Shown: positions 26,146-39,842 of the stretch, one piece after another | Numbering within the stretch: the first letter of the stretch is position 1 | Layout of the letters: every line of letters begins with the position of its first letter | The notes under the pieces: model-generated | Seen by the model: only the letters and a program-made list of their open reading frames with translations | Told to the model about the DNA's origin: nothing | Database searches by the model: none | Program-made: the position numbers and the translations under genes | Origin: Octopus vulgaris | Taxonomy: Eukaryota | Assembly (NCBI GenBank): GCA_951406725.2 | Contig: OX597815.1 | Span: forward strand, 208,878,001-208,942,000 | Direction: 5' to 3' | DNA: 64,000 nucleotides

Positions 26146-26640
26146 TTAATCAGTTAATTAGTTAGTTAGTTAATTTGGCTCAAAAGCAAATAGCAAGGCC
26201 ATGTAGGGGGACATGGAGTTATGTACAGGGTGGTGTTCATGTAAAGAGTTCAGGCCACTTGTGGTCAAGGGAGACTTTGAACAAAGCCGTCGTCGGCATC
26301 TTCACCATCTCGTCTGGCAGCTTATTCCACGGATCCGCAACCCGGACGGAGAAAGCCCCTCTCCTTCGATTGAGATGAAATCGTCGCAGATAGAGCTTTT
26401 CGGAGTGACCCCGCAGCCAACGCTCTGGAGCAGGAGTGAAGAACAGCTCTTTCGAGAGGTTACACTTTCCGCTTATGATGTTGTGAGCGAGAATGAGATC
26501 AGCACGGCTGCGGCGTTTTTCTAGAGAATAAAGGTCGAGTGTCTTCAGCCTTTCTTCATAAGACAAATTCTTGAGACCTTGAACCATGCGGGTAGCCAGC
26601 TTCTGAACTCTTTCGAGATGCTGTATGTCTTTGAGGAGAC
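26146..26640 (-). mobile_element. 5'-truncated CR1-clade LINE (ORF2 C-terminus, 3' UTR, (TAAC)n tail)
   Basis: KDIQHLERVQKLATRMVQGLKNLSYEERLKTLDLYSLEKRRSRADLI...LRGHSEKL...FSVRVADPWNKLP...FKVSLD is the classic CR1 ORF2 C-terminus; frame open to stop at 26237; gttagttagtta tail. Confidence 0.92.
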
Positions 26641-29382
26641 AGTGTTTTGATATTAGGTTGGCATCAGTGATGATGGTGGGGATAGTCATTCTGTTTGTTA
26701 TATTAGCAAAGGCATTGAAGCAGCAGTTTAACCCCTTCATTGCCTATCCACTTGTAGTGAGCCGAAAATAAAATTTGTTTATATTACCAAACTGCCCAAA
26801 ACTGTTGAAATGACCTATTCATATTTTGAGAATTTCACTGAAAGTCTTCTGAAGTATATTCATGAAAACACATGGTTTCACTATGTAAACTGTTCACCAT
26901 TATTGTCTGTATCTGTACACTGCAAATCTTTGGAGATTCTATTTCATTCCCCCCCCCCTCCCCATCCTGTTTTTTTTTTTTTCCTTTTCTTTTCCCACTT
27001 TCCTTTTCTGAAATGTTTCACTACACACGGAAAATGTTGTCAAACAGTGAGTTTGAATTCGAAGTAATTTTGAAGAAGACAGAAAACTCTAAGAAAATAT
27101 ACAACAAACATATAAACCACATATGTGGTTAAGAATCATATTTCTTTTTCCAAAACTGAAACGATTCTGACAACAGTTCTAATAGTGATGTAAAAAAGAA
27201 AAAAATGAAGGAACTTCTACCTGGATATGGTAAGAATTTCAAACTGTTTTACTAAGTCATTTTTAAGGAGATATTAGGCTTAGTTACAGTCTTTCCAAGG
27301 AAACAAAACTGTTAGATTATTTTGCTCTACTTTTTCCTCTCAATCAATTTTTGCGGAAAAAGAGACCAATAGAATAAGTACTAGGCTTTCAAAGAATAAG
27401 TCCTGGGGTTGATTTGTTCGACTAAAAGTGGTGCTACAGCATGGCCACAGTCAAATGACTGAAACAAGTAAAAGAGTAAAATAGATGTTTTTCATTGCCT
27501 AGTTCTCTTCAACAACAAAGCCCAGTATTTTGTTGTTTTACCTTTATGGTACACCTATTTTGTTCTGTTGTACCTTCATGGTTTACCTGCAAGTATGTGC
27601 ATTAAGTTCAACTGACAAATAATCTGGTAATTTGCACAATTCTTCTGTATAAAAAAAAATGTTGTTGCTTACTCGTTGAGTATTAACTAACAACTCATTT
27701 TCTATGCTGATGTTTAAACAAAATTTAAATAATTTTATATTATTGTTGAATTTATCTGTATTTACCTGTAAGATTTTACATATTAGATTCACTCTCGTTA
27801 AATTCACTCTCAGAAAGAAATTGTGTAACAGATTCAGTTAAGAACCTTTTGTTAAATTGTGTTCCAAAAATCAAATTTATATGTTGACAGATAAAAAAAG
27901 ATGGAATTATTTTATTAGACCAGGCTGAATTCAGAATTATTTTAGATTTTTATTGTAACACAAAAGGGGCGACTTTTGACTAGAAATATAGTCACAAAAG
28001 TTTGATATTGTTTTGTCTCTCTGTTCTCATTTTTGTTGCCGTTATCATTTCCAATTTTGTTGTTTTGGTATTGGTTGGCACTGGTTGAAATGGTAGTAAT
28101 AATAGTGTTTTGATTTAGCATAGAAAAGGTATATCTTTTCTAATCAGTGTTCACACCCCTCTCTTTTTCCAAGAAATAAGCATTTTTCACAGAAATATTC
28201 GTAAATGCTGCCTCGAAGGGTGAAAATACAAATACAGCTGAAGAGCCCAACAGAATGCCAGCAATTGTTAGAGGAGGGTACCTTCAACCTCAGCATTTGA
28301 CTGGTGTTATATTTCACCAACCCCTACATAAAGAAAAGCTAAGTTGACCTTGGTAAGATTTGACCCCTAAGCATAATTTGCCAGAATAAATATAACAAAG
28401 AACACTTTTCTAACACTAATGATTCTGTCAAAATAATTAATAATTGAGGATGATGATGATGGCAGTGATGACGATCATAATGTTGATGATGATAACAATG
28501 ATCATGAGGATAATGATGACTATAATACTGGTGATGATGATGATGATGATGTGTTTATCTTATTTTGAAAGAAGCTTTGTGCTTAGGGGTGTATGTGTTT
28601 TTAAACACATGATTTGCTCTTTTTTTGTGCTTTCAGCGTGACTTCCTATCTTATATGAGGTGAATGGAAGTTTAGCAGTCTATTTCCTTTTTATTTTTCA
28701 CTTATTATCGAAAAGAACAACAACTACAATGAAATATAAAAATTAAACTCTTTTATAATCAAATCCTTAATCTGAACCGAATATGTTGCAAGACTGTTTG
28801 AAATAATTACATCAAAGATGAGATTGAAATGCATGGAAAAAAAACAAAACAATAAATTAATAACTAAGAAGAGAGGTCATATAACATTGCATACTGCCTT
28901 TATTTATTTTTCCTTGTGTTGAAAATAAAACAAATGCTTGTTTCGAATGGTAAAATATATCGAAACGAAAACTCTATTTAGCAGTATCATTCATTGTAAT
29001 GTTTAGATTAAATATTATTTCTGTGTGTATGTCTGCCCCCCCCCACCATCCCTATACTTACACCCAAAACGTAGTAGGAGAACAATCATGAATTTATTTC
29101 AAGAAATTCTGAGAATCAAAATGATTCTGCTCTAGTTTCTTCTTTTTCATCCTTTAAAAAAAATTTTTTTTTTTTTGCATTTGCCTGCTCTATGTTCATG
29201 GCACTCTCAGTCTCTCTAAGACTGGTAAGACATGGTTGGCATCCCTTTTAACCCTTATGGCACCTACTCCTACTTATGAGACTGTCCCTTCTTCTATGAT
29301 TCCAGCTTTCTGTTTAACCCTTCACCATTATTCTGTTGAATGTGATTCTCATTTATTCACATTGTTTTGAATTTATCACACA

Positions 29383-29783
29383 CTTGCTGTATTGCCCAGT
29401 GTTGCTCAGGTTTGTTTTCTTTTCGACCCTTTAGAATTGGAATTTTTGAAAAGTAAAAATTTTGCATCAGGTAGCTTGTTATTCTCTTTAAGTGAATATT
29501 TTTCTAGTTGAAATAAACTGAAAAATGGCAACACTGCAGTCAAAAAATCGTAAAAATAGGGATTTTCATAGAAAAAAAGCACCTTTTTGATGTAAATAAT
29601 TTTTAGTGTTAACATGGTCCGATTTGAATTTTTTCTTCTTTGGAATGAAGAGCAAGCCTTCTTCTATCATACTCTCAATTTTGGTCAACTTGCGCCGTAG
29701 GGTCTTGGAGGAGATAGTGTTAGTTGAAGGCTACCAAACCTACCACACACACACACAGACAACTTCAGCTTCATATATATAGA
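29383..29783 (-). mobile_element. Non-autonomous Helitron-like element nested in a family D MITE
   Basis: Minus strand 5' A|TCTATATATATGAAGCTGAAGTTGTCTGTGTGTG; 3' imperfect hairpin ctgagcaacactgggc then aatacagCAAG|T (CTAG variant); inserted between A and T without TSD; the MITE rejoins as atcacaca|ttactttgtagc. Confidence 0.7.
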
Positions 29784-30190
29784 TTACTTTGTAGCTTTGA
29801 GATTGCAATGATATAATTGTTTATTTTTAGAATGATAATATAGGATAGGTGTGAGATACCAGATCTGGCCTGTTTGAACATAAAACAGGTAGAATATTTG
29901 GGACAGATATGGCCAGTTTCAATGCCAAAAGGTTCAAGTGATATAAATTAAAACCTACCATTAAAATTTCAGGTCAGTTTACATTCCAAACATCATTTTA
30001 ATAATGGCAAAGTTATTTTATTAGATTCTTCATTATATCCAAAATTAATTGAAGTGAAGATATAGCATTTTAACAGAAATGTGTTAACGAAAGTGTTAAA
30101 TGGTTGCAAGTAAAAATATGTGCAAGAGGAAATTCTAGGAAGAGGAAACAGTCAGGAAAGGAAGTGTGTTTATGGTGTTGCAATAATTCA

Positions 30191-30418
30191 TTAACCCTTC
30201 CGTTACCAACCCTGCTGAAACCGGCTCTGGCTCTGGGTACAAATGCCTTGTTTTCATAAGTTTTGAATTAAAATCTTCCACCAGACCTTAGTTACAATTT
30301 ATGTTCCTAACACTAGCTTAATGATAACCAAGTTATTTTACTAAATTCTTTGTTATATTTGAAATAATTGAAAGAAACACAGAGCATCTCGGCATAAATA
30401 TGGTAACAAAAGAATTAA
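30191..30418. mobile_element. piggyBac-type MITE family E
   Basis: TTAA|cccttccgttacc...tggtaacaaaagaa|TTAA; reverse orientation of the 50.7-51.2 kb copies. Confidence 0.75.
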
Positions 30419-31802
30419 GGTAGCTGACAGAATTGTTAGTGTGTCAGAGAAATTGCCTTGTATTCATTCCAGTTCGCTTTGCCCCAGTTACAGCTGGGTC
30501 TGAGCTTAACTTCGCACGTCATCATTTTTGTCATCACTAAATTATGTACCTGAGTTATACTAGGATTAAACCTCTCATTCTCTATGACCGTGCTCAAACC
30601 TGGAGAGCGAAATGGGCTCAAATGGGTCAAAAACTGCTACAAATATACCGTCATGATGGTAATCCTACAATTCCATCAGGAGTTGGGGGCCCAAGGCACA
30701 GCAATTATTTCTTGTCAAGATGCTTGCTGTTTGGAATTGTAACTACTTTCTGACATAGTATTTCATATCATTTAGTATTTTGCTTTATTTTGTATTACAT
30801 TTCCTGGCCGTTTAGACCATTTCACTATTATAATAATTTCAGTGTATATTTATTGTATGTCACTATAAAGATATTAAAGATATATCCTGCTTTACGTCTC
30901 TTCGCTACAAACACTGTTTTCGATTTCCATTTCCTGTTAGAGAACCACTATATAAGCCTAAAGAATATTGTTTTAATATTTAATGCAGTACATGAATTCT
31001 GGTTCCTCTATCTGTTTCTCTCTTTGTCTCTTAATATGTATCGTGTACACAAATGTGCATGTGTGTGTGTGTGTGGTATTGGAATGTGTCAAAGGTGTTT
31101 GTGTTGGAGGAAGTCATTTGATGTGAATATAATGAAAATTTGAAACAGTGTTTCGAAAAGGTTGAACAAGATTTTAGGAAATATTGATTGCTGTGTAGGA
31201 AAACTGAATATGTTGAAAAAGAAATGACAACAGGGTTCACGATTACTTTCACATTTGGAATGCACTAGAGATGGCAAGCTAAAAGATACTTTTACTGGCA
31301 TTGTCGGTCTGTCTTTAGATTCTGAGTTCAAGTTATGCCAAAGTTAGCTTCGCCTTTCATCCTTTCAAGGTTCATAAAGTAAATACCAGTTGTGTACTGT
31401 GGTCAATGTAATCAACTTCACTCTCTCCTAAAAAAAAAAAACCCCAAAAAACTGCTGGTCATGTGTCCCAAAATTTCAAACCATATTTATTAGCAGTTTA
31501 TTAGAAAGCTCTCATTTTCACTATTGCCAGCATTATATATATTAAAAAATATACGAATGCACCTAATTAGAATCCATTTCCTTGACTACTCTCCCTACTT
31601 CTCTCTCTCCCTCTCTCTTTCTCCCTCCCTCCCCCCCCCCTCTCTCTCTCTCTCAGTCATAGAGTCACACGGTCTTTTTATAGGGTCTATGAGAGTATTG
31701 GGAGGAGAGCAAGAAGATATTTTCACAGCAGCGACCCGGCCCAGATATTTGCAACAAAGTTGATTCCACTAATCTCACACTTAGTACATCTGAATAATGG
31801 GG

Positions 31803-31836
<34 letters not shown>

Positions 31837-31872
31837 TATTTTTTTTCCCCCCATTATTCAGATGTAATAAGT

Positions 31873-31913
<41 letters not shown>

Positions 31914-32134
31914 TTAAAAATGACACACGAAAACTAGGTGTGCACTATGGCTGAATGGAGGATGATGGATGCAGCTGAAACCTGATTAATCAAAGGCCTG
32001 ATTGATTGAGACTGAACTGGGATTGAAGAACAACAACTATAACACTTTATTATTAAACTGCTAATTTGTGTACATCACAGTTGCTCATGTGACCACGTCA
32101 GTCAGCCAGTTGTGAAATGCATGATATCAGAAAT

Positions 32135-32367
32135 AGGGTGGTGAGCTGGCAGAAACGTTAGCACGCCGGGCGAAATGCGTAGCCATATTTTGTCTGCCGT
32201 TACGTTCTGAGTTCAAATTCCGCCGAGGTTGACTTTACCTTTCATTTATTCAGGGTCGATAAATTAAGTACCAGTTACGCACTGGGGTCGATGTAATCGA
32301 CTTAATCCGTTTGTCTGCCCTTGTTTGTCCTCTCTGTGTTTAGCCCCTTGTGGGTAGTAAAGAAATA
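32135..32367 (+). mobile_element. SINE family B with TSD
   Basis: Full-length; gatatcagaaat repeated on both sides. Confidence 0.88.
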
Positions 32368-32726
32368 GATATCAGAAATCTTAATAACCTTGTTTACCTT
32401 CATTTGGAAGGAGTCATGAGCACTTTAACGTAATAGGGGAAACTAATTTTTTTCTGTCATTCATCAGTGTTTTCTAACAGAATCATTGCTCTACCAAGAG
32501 CCAGACGTGTTATCTCTGAAATAATGAGAGGCAAACACGAGAGGCAAATATGACATTCTTGTATGTTTACAGCCCTCAATGTATGCGCATCAACATACAT
32601 GCGGTTAGAGTGCACATTCTTATATCCACCCCATGGACCACTACTGTCCTTTAATGTTTGTTCATCTGTTGTTGGGCTGAAAATCCTCTTTGAATCAATG
32701 CTCATAGCTTCAGCTGCTGCTTCTGG

Positions 32727-32945
32727 TTGTTGTTGTTGTTGTTAAGCAACAAGACAGGTAAGGGTGATTAGGTAATGGTCTAGGGCTTAGGCACAGGGGA
32801 CCCCAGTCCTTGGGGAGGAAAAAAACAAACTTTGGTCGTGTTGTTGTAGTCAAGGGCTGTTTGTTGACGCCCGACACCACTGGGAGGTGGCCCTCAAAGT
32901 TGCTGGAAATGGAGATCTCCAGGTCCAAATTCTTGAACGGCTGCT
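32727..32945 (-). mobile_element. Short repeat with (AAC)n tail (probable LINE 3' end)
   Basis: Second, uninterrupted copy of the 9178-9438 element; (GTT)n tail at left. Confidence 0.6.
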
Positions 32946-33117
32946 GGTGGTGGTGTGGTTTTTGACAAAATTGTTCTGCACTTGGCCCCCTCCCAATCAA
33001 AGTACAGAACAAAATCAAGGCCCATTGCAGAAATGCGCTCAAACCTATTGCAGACATATTTCTGTGGTGAGAAAAGGGGTTTATGTTCAAAACCAAGTTG
33101 ACAACCATTGCACCCTA

Positions 33118-33118
33118 A

Positions 33119-33189
<71 letters not shown>

Positions 33190-33538
33190 CATGCACTCAG
33201 TCTCCCTCTCTCTATGTCTCTCTCTCACACGCACATCTCTTTCTCACATACACACACTTTCCTCTCTCTCTCACACACACACACTGTCTTTTTCTATCTC
33301 TTCCTCACCCTCTCTCTTACATGCACACGCTTTCTCCCTCCCTCTCTCACTCACACACTCTCTTTGTCTCTCCCTCTCTCTCATACACACATTCTCTCAC
33401 CCTTTCTTCCTCTCTCCCTCACAGGCACACAATCTCCCTCTTTCTCTACACTCTCTTCACCATGCACACACACACACAATCTCCCTCTCTTCACCTCGCG
33501 CACACACACACATGCACACTGACACACACACACACACT

Positions 33539-33604
<66 letters not shown>

Positions 33605-33632
33605 CACTCACAAACACACATACACACACACA

Positions 33633-33666
<34 letters not shown>

Positions 33667-33740
33667 CCTTCTCCATACCCTCTCTTCCCCTCGCACACGC
33701 ACACACACTCTCACACACACACACTCACACACACCCTCTG
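33118..33740. repeat. (CT)n/(CA)n low-complexity tract
   Basis: Directly visible. Confidence 0.95.
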
Positions 33741-34221
33741 ACATGTAATTATGCGTATATGCAACGAAAATTTTACGTTTGCAGAGAAGTAAAAACTGTT
33801 TCCAGCACAAAGCTAATTGTATATGTATATCCTTGGAGGCTGAATCATATTGCGACCACGGATCGGAGTTTCGTGTTTCTGATTATTCAAATAATTCAAA
33901 TTGTTTGAATAATCGGCAAGCTGAAACTCTGAGTTGTTCAAGGAGCTTCAGTTACTAATAAAACATATCTACATGCACAGATAGAAATACAAACATGCAC
34001 GTATGTAAATGCATGTATATGCATGTATGTGTGTGTGTGTGTGTTTTGAACTATCTAGCATATTGTAATTGCACTCCAGGTGCATTCAAATTGTAATGTT
34101 CAATATTTAATGTTTGTATGCATGGGCAAAGAAACTGGATATTTAACACATAATGACAAATGTTAACAGCCTTTGTCAATGAGAACTCCCAGATTAGGAG
34201 CAAACATTTTATCTTCCCTGA

Positions 34222-34234
34222 AATACATACATAT

Positions 34235-34275
<41 letters not shown>

Positions 34276-34317
34276 CATTCATTCATTCAATCATTCATTC
34301 AGTCATTCATACATACA

Positions 34318-34364
<47 letters not shown>

Positions 34365-34475
34365 ATATATGTATATATATATGTATGAATATATAAATAT
34401 GTATATATATATGTATATATATATGTATGAATATATAAATATGTATATATGTATATATATATATATGCATATGTA

Positions 34476-34512
<37 letters not shown>

Positions 34513-34681
34513 GTATGGATGTATATATATATGTATGTATATGTATGGATGTATATATATATGTATGTATATGTATGGATGTATATATATATGTATGTAT
34601 ATGTATGGATGTATATATATATATATGTATGTATATATATGGATGTATGTATATATATGGATGTATATATATATATGTATG

Positions 34682-34712
<31 letters not shown>

Positions 34713-34717
34713 GTATG

Positions 34718-34750
<33 letters not shown>

Positions 34751-34785
34751 GTATGTATATATATGGATGTATATATATATGGATG

Positions 34786-34816
<31 letters not shown>

Positions 34817-34817
34817 G
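34222..34817. repeat. (TA)n/(TATG)n microsatellite with 30-bp higher-order unit
   Basis: Unit atgtatgtatatgtatggatgtatatatat repeated about four times around 34500-34620. Confidence 0.9.
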
Positions 34818-35157
34818 AAGTGTTACTGTAATTTTAGTGAAACATTACCATTATCTTATGGCTTATGGTAAATATGATGGTGAGAAGTTGATAGCTTAGC
34901 AAATGAAAGAATAGAGAATGCAAAAAAAAAAAAAACCCCAAAAAAAAACAAATGCAAAGTAAAAAAAAATGTGGGTGGTGGGAAAGAAAAGCAGCTAAAT
35001 CTTACAAAAACAGACGAAGAAAAATAAGCGCAATTTGACAAACCCAATAAACACACACACACACATGCACACACACGGTCCTTTTGAATATCATGTAAAA
35101 AGCAATATGTGAAGTAGGAAAGTTCTTAAAGAATCTGATTCCTTTACATCTAATAAC

Positions 35158-35234
35158 ATACATACATGCATATACACATACACACACCGTGTGTGTATAT
35201 ATATATATATATACATATACGTATATATATATAC

Positions 35235-35313
<79 letters not shown>

Positions 35314-35373
35314 TATATACATATATATACATATATATATATATACACATATATATATACACATATATATACG

Positions 35374-35405
<32 letters not shown>

Positions 35406-35407
35406 CG

Positions 35408-35462
<55 letters not shown>

Positions 35463-35478
35463 GTATATGCATGCATAT
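35158..35478. repeat. (TA)n/(CATA)n microsatellite
   Basis: Directly visible. Confidence 0.95.
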
Positions 35479-35937
35479 TTAAGGTTGTATGTATATCACT
35501 TGATAAAAGAGATATATCTTAAATAGATAGACTCCATTAAGGCAGCCATTCTTACGGATTAAATAACTGTATCCCTTGAAAGATTATAATAAAAATCTCT
35601 AATTTTTACACCGAGTCTGAAATAGCTGCACACAATGTAAGTGGAAATGACAGCAGAAAATTTTGGTTTTTCGTTGTATTTTTTTCTTTTTTTTTTTTTT
35701 GTTTGTTCATGTTTGCAGTATTTGTGCTAATTTTGCCGCATCAAGCCATTAACAGTGGTAGACTTTACACACTCACCACCCACCATCCCAAATGCACAAC
35801 ACACACACACACACACACACACACATTCCAGGTTTTGTTTCATTGTGTGAGTGGGTATTTAACAATAGTTTTTCCATCTACACCCTGCTCACCGTTATTG
35901 AGAATCATCTTCCATTTTATCCTACTTGTCAATTTTT

Positions 35938-36260
<323 letters not shown>

Positions 36261-36819
36261 TCTTGTGTATTGTTGTAATTTTGGTGTTGTTTATTTATTT
36301 ATTTACGTACTTATTCATCCGTTTGTTTATTTCTTGCTAAGTATTCATTTCATTTGCATGAATCTACATTTTCGACTGATAGTAGCCTTTGTGGCCAATA
36401 AGACATGTGTCTGTTAACAACTTCAATTTCCCCATTTCTTGCTGAGATACCTTGAAGAATAGACATAGTTTTGCTCTAAAAACATAGCAGTAATAAAATT
36501 AAAAAAACACCCAACAAACAAAGCTAACAAAAAAAAAATCCATTAGGAAATTCAAAGGATAAACTACTACACTATACACTCTTTGAAAAGCAGGAATCAC
36601 TCCTTCTCTTCCTGTTACTTCATATTCTATTGTATTATCAGGTAGAGCAATGTTTTTTTGTTTTTTTTTTTTTGGTTTTTGTTCTTTGCGATTCCTGTAG
36701 TGCAATAAATGAACTACATAGAATTACTTTCATATCTGTCCTCTGCTTCTGATCCATAATTAGCCAATATAAAAGTGAAATGTTTTCTCTTCTAAAAGGG
36801 ACAAATATATTCGGTTTCT

Positions 36820-38753
36820 GAAGGCGGCGAGCTGGCAGAATCGTTAGCACGCTGGGTGAAATGCTTAGCGTTGTTTCGTCTGCCGTTACGTTCTGAGTTC
36901 AAATTCCGCCGAGGTCGACTTTGCCTTTCATCCTTTCAGGGTCGATAAATTAAGTACCACTTATGCATTGGGGTCAATGTAATTGACTTAATCCCTCTGT
37001 CTGTCCTTGTTTGTCCCCTCTATGTTTAGCCCCCGGTGGGCAATAAAGAAATAAATATATTCGGTTTCTGAAGGCGGCGAGCTGGCAGAATCGTTAGCAC
37101 GCTGGGTGAAATGCTCAGCGTTGTTTCATCTGCCGTTACGTTCTGAGTTCAAATTCCGCCGAGGTCGACTTTGCCTTTCATCCTTTCGGGGTCGATAAAT
37201 TAAGTACCAGTTATGCACTGGGGTCAATGTAACCGACTTAATCCCTCTGTCTGTCCTTCTATGTTTAGCCCCTTGTGCATAGTAAAGAAATAGGTATTTC
37301 GTCTGCCACTATGTTCTGAGTTCAAATTCCACCGTGGTTGACTTTGCCTTCCATCCTTTCGGGGTCGATAAATCAAGTACCACTCATGCATTGGGGTCAA
37401 TGTAATCGACTTAATCCGTCTGTCTGTCCTTGTTTGTCCCCTCTATGTTTAGCCCCCGGTGGGTAGTAAAGAAATAGGTATTTCGTCTGCCGTTACGTTC
37501 CGAGTTCAAATCCTGCCGAGGTTGACTTTGCCTTTCATCCTTTCGGGGTCGATAAATTAAGTACCAGTTATGCATTGGGGTCAGTGTAATCGACTTAATC
37601 CCTCTGTCTGTCCTTGTTTGTTCCCTGTATGATTAGCCCCCAGTGGGTAGTAAAGAAATAGGTATTTCGTCTGCCGTTACGTTCTGAGTTCAAATCCTGC
37701 CGAGGTTGACTTTGCCTTCCATCCTTTCGGGGTCGATAAATTAAGTACCACTTATGCATTGGGGTCAATGTAATCGACTTAATCCGTCTGTCTGTCCTTG
37801 TTTGTCCCCTCTATGTTTAGCCCCTTGTGGGTAGTAAAGAAATAGGTATTTCATCTGTCACTATGTTCTGAGTTTAAATTCCACCGTGGTTGACTTTGCC
37901 TTTCATCCTTTTGGGGTCGATAAATTAAGTACCACTTATGCATTGGGGTCAATGTAATCGACTTAATCCGTCTGTCTGTCCTTGTTTGTCCCCTCTATGT
38001 TTAGCCCCCGGTGGGTAGTAAAGAAATAGGTATTTCGTCTGCCGTTACGTTCTGAGTTCAAATCCTGCCGAGGTTGACTTTGCTTTTCATCCTTTCGGGG
38101 TCGATAAATTAAGTACCAGTTTTGCATTGGGGTCAATGTAATCGACTTAATCCCTCTGTCTGTCCTTGTTTGTCCCCTCTATGTTTAGCCCCCGGTGGGT
38201 AGTAAAGAAATAGGTATTTCGTCTGCCGTTACGTTCTGAGTTCAAATCCTGCCGAGGTTGACTTTGCCTTTCATCCTTTCGGGGTCGATAAATTAAGTAC
38301 CAGTTTTGCATTGGGGTCAATGTAATCGACTTAATCCCTCTGTCTGTCCTTGTTTGTCCCCTCTATGTTTAGCCCCTTGTGGGTAGTAAAGAAATAGGTA
38401 TTTCATCTGTCACTATGTTCTGAGTTCAAATTCCACCGTGGTTGACTTTGCCTTTCATCCTTTTGGGGTCGATAAATTAAGTACCACTTATGCATTGGGG
38501 TCAATGTAATCGACTTAATTCCTCTGTCTGTCCCCTCTATGTTTAGCCCCTTGTGGGTAGGAAAGAAATAGGTATTTCGTCTGCCGTTACGTTCTGAGTT
38601 CAAATCCTGCCGAGGTTGACTTTGCCTTTCATCCTTTCGGGGTTGATAAATTAAGTACCAGTTACGCACTGGGGTCAATGTAATCGACTGAATTCCTCTG
38701 TCTGTCCTTGTTTGTCCCCTCTATATTTAGCCCCCGGTGGGCAATAAAGGAAT
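36820..38753 (+). repeat. Tandem array of SINE family B: 2 headed plus 8 head-less ~184-bp units
   Basis: Head-less units start at 37293, 37477, 37661, 37845, 38029, 38213, 38397, 38571; target sequence aaatatattcggtttct at 36803, 37053 and 38754. Confidence 0.93.
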
Positions 38754-38974
38754 AAATATATTCGGTTTCTCTGTGGTTAGTTTACGTCCATTTCTACCCC
38801 ACCATCACCTAGCACTACCACCCCTGTTAATGTAATTTCTCTGAATACAGTGCATATTGCAGAGTTATTGTTTATGCAACCAGGTACCCAGATACCCCTT
38901 TTTTGCTGTCAACTCTTACCCGTTTTATTTATTTATCTATTCATTCATTTTCATGTAAAGGATTTCTTGTACTT

Positions 38975-39387
38975 TTATTCTTTTATTTGTTTCAGTCATT
39001 TGGCTGTGGCCATGCTGGAACATTGCCTTTAGTCGAGCAAATCAACCCCAGAACTTAGACTTATTCTTTGTAAGCCTAGTAGTTATTCTATCGGTTTCTC
39101 TTGCCGAACCACTAAGTGACGGGGACGTAAACACACCAGCATCGGTTGTCAAGCGATGTTGGGAGGACAAACACAGACACACAAACATATACACACACAC
39201 ACACACATATATATATATATTCGACGGGATTCTTTCAGTTTCCATCTACCAAATCCACTCACAAGGCTTTGATCGGTCTGAGGCTATAGTAGAAGACACT
39301 TGCCCAAGGTGCCATGCAGTGGGACTGAACCCAGAACCATGTAGTTGGTAAGCAAGCTACTTACCACACAGCCACTCCTGCGCCTAT
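38975..39387 (-). mobile_element. SINE family A
   Basis: Full-length reverse-complement copy. Confidence 0.88.
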
Positions 39388-39842
39388 GTTGTATTCAACT
39401 TGCTCTTTTTTTTTTGTTTTTGTCGTTTTTCTTTTTATCTTCGAAAGCCACTGTTTTTGATTCAGTGCTTTTCATGTAAACAAATATGGTCACAAACACA
39501 CACACACACACATGGAGTAAAAGTGAATGTGAATAGATGACAGTGGTCCTTAGGGACATGGCTAGCCGTAGGCTGTAGTAGAAAACATTAACTTGAGGTA
39601 GGGTATAGTGAGGTAAAGCTCAACACAACTTGATAGTAATGCCTGGCTGCATGGTAAGAAGCCCTTGTTGCAACCATATTGCTTCAGGTTCAATCCAGCT
39701 GCCCAGTACCTTGGGGCAAGCACCTTTTCTTCCACTGTAGCTTTTTGTCAACTTGTAAGTGAATTCGATAGATGGAAACTGTATGGTGGTCCTTAATATA
39801 TTTATGTATATACACCATGTGTTTGACAACTGCTGTTGGTTT

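Noticed and set aside
30436-30630. NWGKANWNEYK motif resembling a LINE endonuclease-RT linker
   Set aside because: One short motif with no supporting upstream or downstream similarity
36820-38753. CRISPR-like or retrozyme array
   Set aside because: No unique spacers, units are whole SINE bodies; no CTGANGA/GAAA hammerhead core found on either strand of the unit
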